From Pseudomonadota bacterium (GTDB lineage: Bacteria > Pseudomonadota > Alphaproteobacteria > Rhizobiales > Beijerinckiaceae), in contig JAJXWB010000020.1 of NCBI GenBank assembly GCA_021781815.1, positions 4,497 through 68,496 of the forward strand: 64,000 nucleotides of DNA. The letters run 5' to 3'. The notes beneath the pieces are model-generated. The model did no database searches. It saw only the letters and a list, made by a program, of their open reading frames with translations, and was not told the DNA's origin. Positions within the stretch are counted from its first letter, which is position 1. Each line of letters begins with the position of its first letter. The translations under genes and the position numbers were made by a program. Of the stretch, positions 1 to 8,967 are shown in pieces.

Positions 1-616
1 TGCCGATCGACAGCGCGTGACCTGCGAGCGTCGCTTGCGAATGCGCAACGAGTTTCGGCCCCCTGGTCGTGCCGGAGGTGGCGAACAGAAGCACTGGCGC
101 GTCGAAGTCGCTTTGCGGCGGCGGCGCGGCGCCACCCGCATCGTCGAAGGCGTCAAAGCGCACGCATGGCCAGCGCGAGGCGATTTCGCCCGCGCCGACG
201 ATCGCAAGCTTTTCGAGCGCCGGAACGGCGGCGCGATCGACGCCAGCGAGAATCGCCGGAAAGTCGATCGAGCGGAAGCCCGGCTCCAGCACGAGCAACT
301 TCGCGCCGGACAGGCCGACGACATGCGCTACGTCAGCCGCGCGATAGCGTGTGTTGATGGCGGCGACGATCGCGCCGACGCGCGCGGCGGCGAACAGGAG
401 CGCCAGCCACTCGATGCGATTGACGAGCCAGACCGCGACGACATCGCCCCTGCCGACGCCCTGAGCCGCGAGCCAGGCGGCGGTCCGCTCCACGTTGCGC
501 GCAAAGGCGGCGCGCGCGACAGAGGCGCCGTCGACGACGAAAGCGATATCGTCAGGCGCGCCGCGATCAAGCAGAGCGAGGAGAGAGCGATCGTTCGAGA
601 CTGTCATTCCGGTCAT
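1..616 (-). CDS. AMP-dependent synthetase/ligase (acyl-CoA synthetase family), N-terminal part; the 3' end runs off the left edge
   Basis: Not in the ORF track because it is open at the window edge. My reverse-complement translation from the ATG at 616-614 reads MTGMTVSNDRSLLALLDRGAPDDIAFVVDG...VLLFATSGTTRGPKLVAHSQATL. The AMP-binding signature (T/S)SGTTGxPK is present as TSGTTRGPK. Confidence 0.8.
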   Translation of the reverse strand, partial: MTGMTVSNDRSLLALLDRGAPDDIAFVVDGASVARAAFARNVERTAAWLAAQGVGRGDVVAVWLVNRIEWLALLFAAARVGAIVAAINTRYRAADVAHVVGLSGAKLLVLEPGFRSIDFPAILAGVDRAAVPALEKLAIVGAGEIASRWPCVRFDAFDDAGGAAPPPQSDFDAPVLLFATSGTTRGPKLVAHSQATLAGHALSIG

Positions 617-804
617 GTCGCAGCACAGGGTCGGCGGACGACGATAACGATTCGGACGGGCCATTGCGAGCACCCGCATGCAGCGTGCGCGGGACTGAGC
701 GCAATCCATTCGCGGAGCGGGGCCTTTGACACGCGCCCTGTCCATCGGCATCGTCGGGGCAGGAAGGAAATACGCCATATGCAATCGTCGACGCGCGCGG
801 ACTC

Positions 805-1986
805 GTGAGCGATCCTGCGTCTCCAGCCCGCCTCGCGGTCGCCGGCATGCTGGCCATGGCCGCGGCGTTCGGAGTCGGCCGCTTCGTCTACACGCCGATC
901 CTGCCGCAGATGCTGGCCGGCGGCGCGCTGACGCCCTCGACCGCCGGCGGGATCGCAGCTGCGAATTTTCTCGGCTATCTCCTCGGCGCGCTGGCCGGCG
1001 CAAGCGCGCCACTGCAGCGCCATCCGCGCGCCTTCTTCATGGTGGGATCGCTTGCAGGCGCATTGTCGCTGGCGGGCATGGCGGCGGAGCCGTCGCTCGC
1101 GCTCTACGCGGCGCTGCGTTTTATTGGCGGCGCCGGCAGCGCGTTCGTCATTGTCTGCCTGTCGAGCATGGTGCTCGAACCGCTGGTGCGCGCGGGCCGC
1201 TTCGGGCTATCGGCGGCGCCTTTCGCCGGAGTCGGGCTCGGCATCGCCGGGTCGTCCCTGCTCGTGTCCGCGCTTGCCTGGGACGGCTATGCCTGGCGCG
1301 CCTCCTGGATCGCCAACGCCATCGTCGCAACCTTGCTGGTTATTCCGCTTTTCGTTCTGCTGCCCGGCGCAGCGCCCGTCGCCGCAGCGCCCGCGCGCGT
1401 CAGAACCGGCGGCGGGCGGCTGTCAGCTCCGCTCGCGGCGATGGTCGTTTCCTACGGGCTGTTCGGGTTCGGCTACGTCGTCACGGCCACCTTCCTTGTC
1501 GCTATCGTGCGCGAAACGCAGGCTCTGCGCCCGATCGAACCGTTCGTCTGGGCGATCGTCGGCCTTGCCGGCGCGCTTTCCATCCTGTTCTGGTCCCGGG
1601 TGGCCGGACGCACGACCGATATAACCGCCTATTGCATCGCCTGTCTGGCGGAAGCGACCGGCGTCGCGCTCAGCGTCGTTTCGCCGACCGTTCCAACGAT
1701 CGTCCTGTCGGGCATATTGCTCGGCGGCACCTTCATGGCGATCACGGCGCTCGGCCTCGGCGTCGCGCGCCGGCTCACACAAATGGCGCCGCAGCGCGCG
1801 CAGGCGACCATGACATCGGCGTTCGGCCTGGGTCAGATCGTAGGCCCCGCGCTCGCCGGCCATCTGCGCGAGACGACCGGGAGCTTTTTTGCGCCGTCGC
1901 TGATCGCCGCCGGAGCGCTCGTCGTCTCCGCGCTGCTCGGCGTCCTGGTCGCGCGGGCGAAACCTCAGCCGGCCTTGCGTCCGTAA
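805..1986 (+). CDS. MFS transporter, YbfB/YjiJ-like
   Basis: 393-aa ORF that is hydrophobic throughout, with about 12 predicted TM segments. The N-terminus GVGRFVYTPILPQM...AANFLGYLLGA is typical of the YbfB/YjiJ MFS subfamily (recollection). Confidence 0.8.
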   Translation: MSDPASPARLAVAGMLAMAAAFGVGRFVYTPILPQMLAGGALTPSTAGGIAAANFLGYLLGALAGASAPLQRHPRAFFMVGSLAGALSLAGMAAEPSLALYAALRFIGGAGSAFVIVCLSSMVLEPLVRAGRFGLSAAPFAGVGLGIAGSSLLVSALAWDGYAWRASWIANAIVATLLVIPLFVLLPGAAPVAAAPARVRTGGGRLSAPLAAMVVSYGLFGFGYVVTATFLVAIVRETQALRPIEPFVWAIVGLAGALSILFWSRVAGRTTDITAYCIACLAEATGVALSVVSPTVPTIVLSGILLGGTFMAITALGLGVARRLTQMAPQRAQATMTSAFGLGQIVGPALAGHLRETTGSFFAPSLIAAGALVVSALLGVLVARAKPQPALRP

Positions 1987-2714
1987 ATGCGCGCGGTCAG
2001 CGCGGTCTCCTGCCATTCCGGGACGATCGCTATGTCGCCGACGCCTTGCTGCTCGAACACCCGCAGGATGCGCGCGAGAGGGTAATTGTTCATCTGCATC
2101 GCCGGCGCGTCCCACCTGCGCCTCTGCAGCAGGTTCAGAACGTTGCGGCCGAGCGGCGCATGATGCTTCAAAAAGTAGACCATTGCGCGCGCCGGCGGCA
2201 GCGTCCGTTCGAGCGAATAATGCAGCACGGCGACCCCGCCCGGCACCAGGCGCTCCAGCATGCGCGCCGTCAGCGCGAGGCCGCGCTCGACCGGGATGTG
2301 CTGCAGAACGATGTAGCTGTGCACGAGATCGAACGGACCGGCGACGCCGGACAGTTCGTCGTCCGACATGGCGAAGTCGACGTTGGCGACGCCGGCCCTC
2401 CCGCAGTTCAGGCGCGCTTCTGCGTTCATCGCTTCGGAAATGTCGACGCCGAGGACGGACCCGTATCTTTCGGCCAGCGGCAGCACGAGCCGCCCGACGC
2501 CGCTGCCGAAATCAAGCGCGCGCTCCCTGGGGACATCGCCGAAGCGGCGCGCGATTTCTTCCATTACGACGGCGATTTCCCGTCGTCCCGTCTGAAAGAA
2601 GCGATCGCGATTGTCCGCGATGCGCGCAGCCTTGAATTCATCGAAGCTGACGACGCCGAAATAGGGATCTGCGCGGCCCCACTTGCGCCAGTCGCTGTCG
2701 GACACGAACGACAT
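1965..2714 (-). CDS. class I SAM-dependent methyltransferase
   Basis: 249-aa ORF with SAM-binding motif I, LDFGSGVGRLVLPLA, followed by VLGVDISE. Confidence 0.8.
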   Translation of the reverse strand: MSFVSDSDWRKWGRADPYFGVVSFDEFKAARIADNRDRFFQTGRREIAVVMEEIARRFGDVPRERALDFGSGVGRLVLPLAERYGSVLGVDISEAMNAEARLNCGRAGVANVDFAMSDDELSGVAGPFDLVHSYIVLQHIPVERGLALTARMLERLVPGGVAVLHYSLERTLPPARAMVYFLKHHAPLGRNVLNLLQRRRWDAPAMQMNNYPLARILRVFEQQGVGDIAIVPEWQETALTARIYGRKAG

Positions 2715-2863
2715 GAAAAATCTCCCCGTCTGAAATTGAATTCCATGATGGGCGCGGGGATCGGCATGATCAACGACAGGTTGACGGCTGGGCTAATGTT
2801 AACCGTTAATTCGGGATGCGCAGCGAAACGGCTGCCGCGCGCCAGGCGAACGGCCGCGAGCCT

Positions 2864-3433
2864 TCAGGTTTGTGGCCCTTGTGCGCATCTCGCGATCACG
2901 ATCTGCGTTTCGCCGTATGTGCGATGATCCAGAACCTCCGCCAGCGGCGGCAGTTCGAGCGTTTCGCTGGCCGCCTCCTCAATCACGCAGATCGCGCCGC
3001 CAGCAAGCCAGTTCCCCTCGAGCAGCGCGCGCAAGGCCGGCGGCGCCAAGCGCTTGCCGTAGGGCGGATCGAGAAAGGCCAGCGTAAATTTCTCACCGGC
3101 CGGCGCCAGCCCGAGCCGGGTCGCGTCGCGACGGAAGATGCGCGTCTGTCCGCCGAGCCCGAGCGTCTCGATGTTTTCACGCAACAGCGCGCGCGCCTGG
3201 GCGCCGTCGTCGACGAACAGCGCAAAGCGGGCGCCGCGCGACATCGCCTCAAGACCCAGCGCGCCGGCGCCCGCAAACAGATCGACCACGCGCGCGCCTT
3301 CGACCACATCGCCATAGGCGTGCGCGAGGATGTTGAACATCGCCTCGCGCAGGCGATCGGAGGTCGGCCGGATTGCGAGCGACGAGGGGCCCTTCAGTTT
3401 ACGCCCGCCGAAGCGGCCGCCGACGATGCGCAT
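2864..3433 (-). CDS. rsmD: 16S rRNA (guanine966-N2)-methyltransferase RsmD
   Basis: 189 aa. It starts MRIVGGRFGGRKLKGP...IRPTSDRLREAMFNIL and carries VDLFAGAGALGLEAMSRGA and the DPPY motif (LDPPYG). Confidence 0.9.
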   Translation of the reverse strand: MRIVGGRFGGRKLKGPSSLAIRPTSDRLREAMFNILAHAYGDVVEGARVVDLFAGAGALGLEAMSRGARFALFVDDGAQARALLRENIETLGLGGQTRIFRRDATRLGLAPAGEKFTLAFLDPPYGKRLAPPALRALLEGNWLAGGAICVIEEAASETLELPPLAEVLDHRTYGETQIVIARCAQGPQT

Positions 3434-5148
3434 CAGCGCTTTCCACGCGGCGGGCCGCTTCGGGGCGGCCCCTTGCGTTCCGGCCCGCGCGGACGATCGC
3501 CGCCAGGTTTGCCGCGCGGCTTGAACGATGCGTCGCGACGCTCGCCATCGCTGCGCCCCGTCCGCCTTTCGCCCGCGGCCTTGTCGGCTTGGCGCGGGCC
3601 CCGCCCCTCGAAAGCGCGGCCGCTGTCGGTCCTGTCCGCGCGCGGGCGGGCGCGGGGAGCGTCCGCGTCGCGGCTCCTCGGCGGGCGCGGCGAGCGCGGC
3701 CCGTCGGCCTTGCGATCCGGACGACGATCGCCGAACGGCCTTTCGCCGCCGGGCCTGTCGGCGCGGCGTGGCGCAGCGCGGTTCTCGAACTGTCTCTCGC
3801 CGTCGCGCCGTTCGAACCGCCGGCCTTCGCCCGTGGATTTGCGCCGCATCGGCCGCTCGCCGTCGGACCGCGTTGCGTCGCGCCGCGGTTCGCCATGGCG
3901 CTCCGCCTTGAAACGGCGGGCGTTGCGGGTTTCGGGCGCGGCCTTCGGCGCGGCCGCGACCACGCGCTCGACCACCACCGCCCTGCCCTTGCGGTCGGCG
4001 GTCGCGCCGCGCTCGATCTTCACGCGCTCCTTGTCGAGACGCTTGCCGCGCTCCGCGCGCAGCGTCGACACATGTTTGCGCGAACCTGGTTTGGGCCGCT
4101 CAAGCGTCTTCGGCGGCTCCTCGTCACGCTCCACACGTTTGGGACGCAGCGGACGCCCCGACGCCCCCGCGCGGTCGCGCCGCTCGGCCCCGCCCCGCTC
4201 CTCACGGCGCGGGCGCGGCGCACGGTCGCTTGTTTCGCGCGGCGTCCGCTCCTCGCTTTCGGGCGCGGGCGTGTCGAAATCGGCCAGAGATTGCGCAATC
4301 AGGGTCGGTCCCAACTGGTCGCGCAGCACCTTGGTCCGCACTTCCTCGACTGCGCCCTCGGCGAGTTCGCCGAGTTGGAACGGGCCATAGGACACGCGGA
4401 TCAGGCGGTTCACTTCGAGCCCGAGGCTGCCGAGCACGCGGCGCACCTCGCGATTCTTGCCCTCGCGCAGGCCGAGCGTGATCCACGCGTTCGCGCCCTG
4501 GACGCGATCGAGCCTGGCTTCGATCGGCGCGTAGTCGACGCCGTCGATCGTCACGCCCCGCGCCAGCGCATCGAGCGCCGCCTGATCGGTTGCGCCGTGC
4601 GCGCGCACGCGATAGCGGCGCAACCAGCCGGTCTGCGGCAGTTCCAGCGTGCGCGCCAGACCGCCGTCATTGGTCATGAGCAGCAGTCCCTCGGTGTTGA
4701 TGTCGAGGCGGCCGACGGTCATCAGACGCGGCAGGTCCGGATGCTGCTGGCCGAGATAATCGAAAACCGTAGGGCGGCCCTCCGGGTCGCGGTCCGTCGT
4801 CACCAGCCCGCGCAGCTTGTGGAACAGGAACAGCCGCGTCCGTTCGCGCGCGGCGAGCGGACGTCCGTCGATCGTGATCCTGTCGGATGCGATCACGTTG
4901 AAGGCGGGGCTCTCCAGCACGCGCCCGTTGACGGCGACGCGCCCGGCGGCGATCCATTCCTCCGCGTCACGGCGCGAACAGGCCCCGGCGCGCGCCATGG
5001 CCTTGGCGATACGCTCGCCCTGCTGCGCCTTGGGCGCCGGCCGCTTGTCGCGCGGCGGCGGCTTCCCGCCGCCCGGCTTGCCCGCAAAAGGTTTCTTGCC
5101 GCCGGGCTTGAAAGGCCGGCCGCCCTGTCGTTTGTCTCGTTCAGTCAT
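3433..5148 (-). CDS. rluB: 23S rRNA pseudouridine synthase, RluB/RsuA family, with a ~320-aa Arg/Gly/Asp/Glu-rich C-terminal tail
   Basis: Has an S4 domain (GERIAKAMARAGACSRRDAEEWIAAGRVAVNG) and the catalytic motif GRLDINTEGLLLMTNDG. I start it at the ATG at 5148 (MTERDKRQGG), because the track's 5553 start would overlap tadA on the other strand. Its stop overlaps the rsmD start by 1 nt (TGATG). Confidence 0.85.
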   Translation of the reverse strand: MTERDKRQGGRPFKPGGKKPFAGKPGGGKPPPRDKRPAPKAQQGERIAKAMARAGACSRRDAEEWIAAGRVAVNGRVLESPAFNVIASDRITIDGRPLAARERTRLFLFHKLRGLVTTDRDPEGRPTVFDYLGQQHPDLPRLMTVGRLDINTEGLLLMTNDGGLARTLELPQTGWLRRYRVRAHGATDQAALDALARGVTIDGVDYAPIEARLDRVQGANAWITLGLREGKNREVRRVLGSLGLEVNRLIRVSYGPFQLGELAEGAVEEVRTKVLRDQLGPTLIAQSLADFDTPAPESEERTPRETSDRAPRPRREERGGAERRDRAGASGRPLRPKRVERDEEPPKTLERPKPGSRKHVSTLRAERGKRLDKERVKIERGATADRKGRAVVVERVVAAAPKAAPETRNARRFKAERHGEPRRDATRSDGERPMRRKSTGEGRRFERRDGERQFENRAAPRRADRPGGERPFGDRRPDRKADGPRSPRPPRSRDADAPRARPRADRTDSGRAFEGRGPRQADKAAGERRTGRSDGERRDASFKPRGKPGGDRPRGPERKGPPRSGPPRGKR

Positions 5149-5175
5149 GGCGCGTGATAGCAGGTCTGGCGCAGA

Positions 5176-5628
5176 ATGGTACAGGGCGACAAGGATCCGA
5201 TGACTGCGGCGTTCGAGGCGGCGCGCGAAGCCGCGGCCGCGGGCGAAACGCCGGTCGGGGCGGCGGTGGCGCGCGACGGGCGCATCATCGCTGTAGCACG
5301 CAACCGCACGATCGCCGACCATGACCCGACCGCGCATGCCGAGATGCTGGCGATCCGGCAAGCGGCGGCCGCAATGGGCTCGGAACGTCTCGCCGGCTGC
5401 GACCTGTACGTGACGCTGGAGCCCTGCGCCATGTGCGCTGGCGCTATTTCTTTCGCCCGCATTCGACGGCTCTATTGGGCAGCGCCAGATCCCAAGGGCG
5501 GCGCTGTCGAGCACGGGCCGCGGTTTTTCAGCCAACCGACATGCCATCATCAACCCGAGACCTACGGCGGGATCCGCGAGAGCGAGGCGGCAGGACTACT
5601 GCGCGCGTTTTTCCGGGCGCGGCGCTGA
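5176..5628 (+). CDS. tadA: tRNA adenosine(34) deaminase TadA
   Basis: 150 aa with the CDA zinc motifs HAEMLAIR and PCAMCAGA. The start could instead be the internal MTAAF a few codons downstream. Confidence 0.9.
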   Translation: MVQGDKDPMTAAFEAAREAAAAGETPVGAAVARDGRIIAVARNRTIADHDPTAHAEMLAIRQAAAAMGSERLAGCDLYVTLEPCAMCAGAISFARIRRLYWAAPDPKGGAVEHGPRFFSQPTCHHQPETYGGIRESEAAGLLRAFFRARR

Positions 5629-5735
5629 ATGAATAGCGAGACATCCGCCGCCCGCGGCGTGTGCGACATCCCGACAGGCGGAGCGGGTCGCGGTCCATCT
5701 CGCCGCGTCTGCGTTTTCGTGCGAAGAAACCAGAC

Positions 5736-7019
5736 ATGAACAAGACATCCGGCGCCAATGGTTTCGAACCGCACGAACTGAGGCAAAGCGCGCTCACGGA
5801 GATTCACGCGCGGCCGTTCGCGCTGATCCAGACGCCGGGCCGCATCCTCCATTTCGCCTTCACGACCGACGCCGCCGGCGCTGCGCGCGCAGCCGAGGCT
5901 GTCGCTCGGTTGTGCGCCGACCATAAACTGGCCGCACCCGGCGCGGCGGCGAAGCAGATTTGCGCCGACTTGCCGGCTGGCCGGCTCGCCTTCGAGCCGC
6001 ACGGCGAATTCGTGACATATACATGGACGTTTCCGGCCGAGCGTGTCCCTTTCTCGCCCGCGCCCGACGCCCTTCAGGCCGCGATGCGGCTTCTTCCACA
6101 ACCCGGCCCGCTGCTCGTCGCCGCCGACCTGCATCTGCTGGCGGCGGCCGATGCGCCCGAGGACATCGACGCCCAGTTCGGCGGTCCCGCCGTCGCGGCC
6201 AGCTCCATCGACGACGGGCGGGCCACCGTGGCGAGCGACTTCACGGCCGACGCCTCCGGCTTCGTCCGAATCCTGGTCGTCGACCACACCCTATCGCCAT
6301 CGAGCGCCGGCGCGCTGGTGCAGCGCCTGCTGGAGATCGAGACTTATCGGATGCTGGCGCTGACCGGCCTGCCGATGGCGCAGAGGCTCGGACCGTCGAT
6401 CCGGCGCATCGAGAGCGAGTTGCCGGCGCTGCTGTCGTCAATGCAGCGGGAGCGCGGACTTGCCGCCGATCGTGTGCTGCTCGACCGGCTGACTGCGCTT
6501 GCGACCGAACTCGAAACCGGCGCGGCGCAAGGACTTTTCCGGCTTGGCGCGACGCGCGCCTATCACGAACTGGTGCTGGCCCGGCTCGATGCGATCAAGG
6601 AGAGCCGAATTCCCCACCATTCGACGCTCGCCTCGTTTCTGGCGCGACGCCTGACGCCGGCGATTCGCACCTGCGCGACGGTCGAGCAGAGCCAGACGGC
6701 GTTGTCATCGAAGATTGCGCGCATTGCGGAACTGCTGCGCACGCGCGTCGACATCGAACTCGAAAGTCAGAACGCCGACCAGATCCGACAGATGGCCGAG
6801 CGGGTTCGCCTGCAATTGCGCCTGCAGCAGACCGTCGAGGGCCTCTCGATCGCGGCGATCACCTATTACGTGTCCAGCGTTCTGCACCTGCTGTTCGAGG
6901 GCGCGCACGGATCGGGCGTCCATGTTGATCCGGCAGTGGCGACGGGCGCGGCCGTGCCAGTCGTGTTCGCCGTCGTCGCCTTCATCGTGTGGCGCATTCG
7001 GCACGCGCACAAGGAGTAA
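5736..7019 (+). CDS. DUF3422-like membrane-anchored protein
   Basis: Starts at the ATG at 5736 (MNKTSGANGFEPHELRQSALTEIHARPF). About 427 aa with two C-terminal TM helices. The family assignment is from memory. Confidence 0.65.
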   Translation: MNKTSGANGFEPHELRQSALTEIHARPFALIQTPGRILHFAFTTDAAGAARAAEAVARLCADHKLAAPGAAAKQICADLPAGRLAFEPHGEFVTYTWTFPAERVPFSPAPDALQAAMRLLPQPGPLLVAADLHLLAAADAPEDIDAQFGGPAVAASSIDDGRATVASDFTADASGFVRILVVDHTLSPSSAGALVQRLLEIETYRMLALTGLPMAQRLGPSIRRIESELPALLSSMQRERGLAADRVLLDRLTALATELETGAAQGLFRLGATRAYHELVLARLDAIKESRIPHHSTLASFLARRLTPAIRTCATVEQSQTALSSKIARIAELLRTRVDIELESQNADQIRQMAERVRLQLRLQQTVEGLSIAAITYYVSSVLHLLFEGAHGSGVHVDPAVATGAAVPVVFAVVAFIVWRIRHAHKE

Positions 7020-7028
7020 GGCTGCTGG

Positions 7029-7235
7029 TCAGGCCGCCTGTTTGGCCGGGAAGCCCGCCGCCGTGAGCGCCGCTGCGATCGCCGCCGGATCGGCCGAGGT
7101 TTCGGCCTCGACACGGCCGGACGCGAGATCAACGCTGACCTTGCTGGCGGCGTCCGCCTTCTGGATGATCTTTTCAACCGATCGGGCGCAGCCGCCGCAG
7201 GTCATGCCGGAGACGTCAAGTTTCAGTTTGGACAT
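7029..7235 (-). CDS. heavy-metal-associated (HMA) domain metallochaperone, CopZ-like
   Basis: 68 aa, MSKLKLDVSGMTCGGCARSVEKI..., with the GMTCxxC metal-binding motif. I use the internal ATG at 7235 rather than the track's 7355. Confidence 0.8.
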   Translation of the reverse strand: MSKLKLDVSGMTCGGCARSVEKIIQKADAASKVSVDLASGRVEAETSADPAAIAAALTAAGFPAKQAA

Positions 7236-7402
7236 GGGTTTCCCCCGCTGATAGAGCAATCGCCCCTGTATAGGCAGTCCTGGGGCCTCAATAAAGGCGG
7301 CGCGGCGTCGCGGCCGGACATGCTGGCGCCGATCGGCCCTGACGCGACGAAGCAAATGCCAGCGCGCTTGACTTGCCGCTCCAGCGCCCGTAGCCCGCGC
7401 CC

Positions 7403-8299
7403 ATGCTGAACCGCTCCGCTCCCATCGCCGGTCTGTCCGCCCTCGCGCCGAAATACGACGTCATCCTGTCGGACGTCTGGGGGGTGGTGCATGACGGACG
7501 CACGCATACGTCCTCCGCCGCCGATGCGTTGACGCGGTTCCGGGCAGGAGGCGGCACGGTCGTTCTGATCACCAACGCGCCTCGTCCGCGTAAGCCGATC
7601 CAGAGGATGCTCGACAATTTCGGCCTGCCGAGAGAGGCTTACGATACAATCGTATCCTCGGGCGACGTGACGGTCGGCCTCATCGCGGAGCGCGGCGGGG
7701 CGCCGCTGCACCATATCGGACCACCGCGCGATCTGTCGTTGTTCGAGGCTGTCGCCGAGCGGACGGGCGAGCGACCGCCGCTGCTGCCGCTGGATCAGGC
7801 CGAATATGTGGTCTGCACAGGCTTTTTCGAGGATGACGAGAGTCCGGACCCGTACATGCCGACCCTGCGGGCGATGAAGGCGCGCAATCTGCCGATGATA
7901 TGCGCCAATCCCGACATCGTCGTCCATTCCGGGCCCGACCTGCTCTGGTGCGCCGGCGCGCTCGCCGAGCGTTATGCGGGCATGGGCGGCGCGGTGACGA
8001 TGGCGGGCAAGCCCTATGCCATGATCTACGAGGCCGCGTTGAAGGAGGCTTCGGCGTTGCGCAAGACGCCAATCGACCGCGGGCGCATCCTGGCGATCGG
8101 CGACGGCCTGTTCACCGACATCCGCGGCGCGGCCGCCCAGGGGTTCGATGCGCTGTTCGTGACGTCGGGCGTCCACCGCGACCTGCTGCACCCGGATGCG
8201 GGCGAGGACGACTGGAGCGTGGACGAAGTGGCCTATCGCACGCTGCTGGCCGAAGCCGGGGCGGCGCCGGCGGCGCATCTGCGCGATCTGGCGTGGTGA
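7403..8299 (+). CDS. HAD-superfamily class IIA hydrolase (TIGR01459-like)
   Basis: 298 aa with the DVWGVVHDG nucleophile motif (DxxG) and ITNAPR. The C-terminal GDGLFTDIRGA matches HAD motif IV. Confidence 0.8.
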   Translation: MLNRSAPIAGLSALAPKYDVILSDVWGVVHDGRTHTSSAADALTRFRAGGGTVVLITNAPRPRKPIQRMLDNFGLPREAYDTIVSSGDVTVGLIAERGGAPLHHIGPPRDLSLFEAVAERTGERPPLLPLDQAEYVVCTGFFEDDESPDPYMPTLRAMKARNLPMICANPDIVVHSGPDLLWCAGALAERYAGMGGAVTMAGKPYAMIYEAALKEASALRKTPIDRGRILAIGDGLFTDIRGAAAQGFDALFVTSGVHRDLLHPDAGEDDWSVDEVAYRTLLAEAGAAPAAHLRDLAW

Positions 8300-8360
8300 C
8301 GATCCGTGTGCGGCGGGGCGTGCTGCGCCGGCGCGGCGCCCACGGCGCGCGGTCGCGCGA

Positions 8361-8753
8361 TCAGGCCGCCCGCGCCGTGAAAACGGCGTCGATCTTGGCC
8401 TTCAGTGTGGCGGCATTGAATGGCTTTACAATATAGCTTGAGACGCCCGCCTTGCGTGCGGCTATGACGTTGTCGGTCTTGGATTCCGCGGTCGCCATGA
8501 TGAAGGGCGTGTCGGCGTATTCAGGATCGGCCCGCAGTTTCTGCAACAGTTCGAAGCCGGTCATCGGCTGCATGTTCCAGTCGGAAATGATCAGGCCGTA
8601 CTTCTTGGTCTTGGCCATGTCGAGCGCCTGCGCGCCGTTGCTGGCCTGATCGACGTTCTCGTAACCAATCTGTTTCAGCAGGTTACAGATGATGCGGACC
8701 ATCGTCTGGTAGTCGTCAATGACGAGGATGGGCATCGCGGTATCGGCGCTCAT
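8361..8753 (-). CDS. single-domain CheY-like response regulator
   Basis: 130 aa from the ATG at 8753. Receiver residues are present: VIDD, phospho-acceptor context LIISDWNMQPMTG, TAES, and KPF. It is very similar in pattern to E. coli CheY (SDWNMPNMDG...VKPF). Confidence 0.9.
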   Translation of the reverse strand: MSADTAMPILVIDDYQTMVRIICNLLKQIGYENVDQASNGAQALDMAKTKKYGLIISDWNMQPMTGFELLQKLRADPEYADTPFIMATAESKTDNVIAARKAGVSSYIVKPFNAATLKAKIDAVFTARAA

Positions 8754-8967
8754 GTCAGTCTCCGGAGGACTCCGGCTTCCGCAAGGGCCGCATAGCGCCC
8801 CTCCGAAGTCCAGCAACCCGACTTAACGCCCAATGGCTTTCGGTTGGGTAAATGACACCCCGCCAGATCGCGAGGGGTCCATGCGTTTTTTCTGTTTCGG
8901 AGACCGCTTTCTTTGATACAGGGTTGCCAAATCGTTTTGGTCCGAGGCGGACCGGAGAGGCCAGCGA

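Noticed and set aside
726-2927. 733-aa plus-strand ORF, the longest in the first 3 kb
   Set aside because: Its composition is extremely Arg/Ala/Gly-rich, and it spans three well-supported genes (the MFS gene in another frame, and the methyltransferase and rsmD genes on the other strand). This is a typical stop-poor off-frame ORF of high-GC DNA.
3440-4400. Repetitive-looking GC-rich DNA, considered as a tandem repeat or CRISPR-like array
   Set aside because: There are no regularly spaced identical repeats. The pattern is degenerate codon-level repetition that encodes the RluB low-complexity tail.
5149-5553. N-terminal extension of the rluB ORF to 5553 given in the track
   Set aside because: The extension would overlap tadA (a clear CDA-motif gene) on the opposite strand. 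MTERDK at 5148 gives a normal RluB N-terminus.
7236-7402. MerR/CueR-type operator upstream of the CopZ-like gene
   Set aside because: I found only weak partial symmetry (CTATACAG ... CTCTATCAG). There are no -35/-10 boxes with the 19-20-nt spacer characteristic of MerR promoters.
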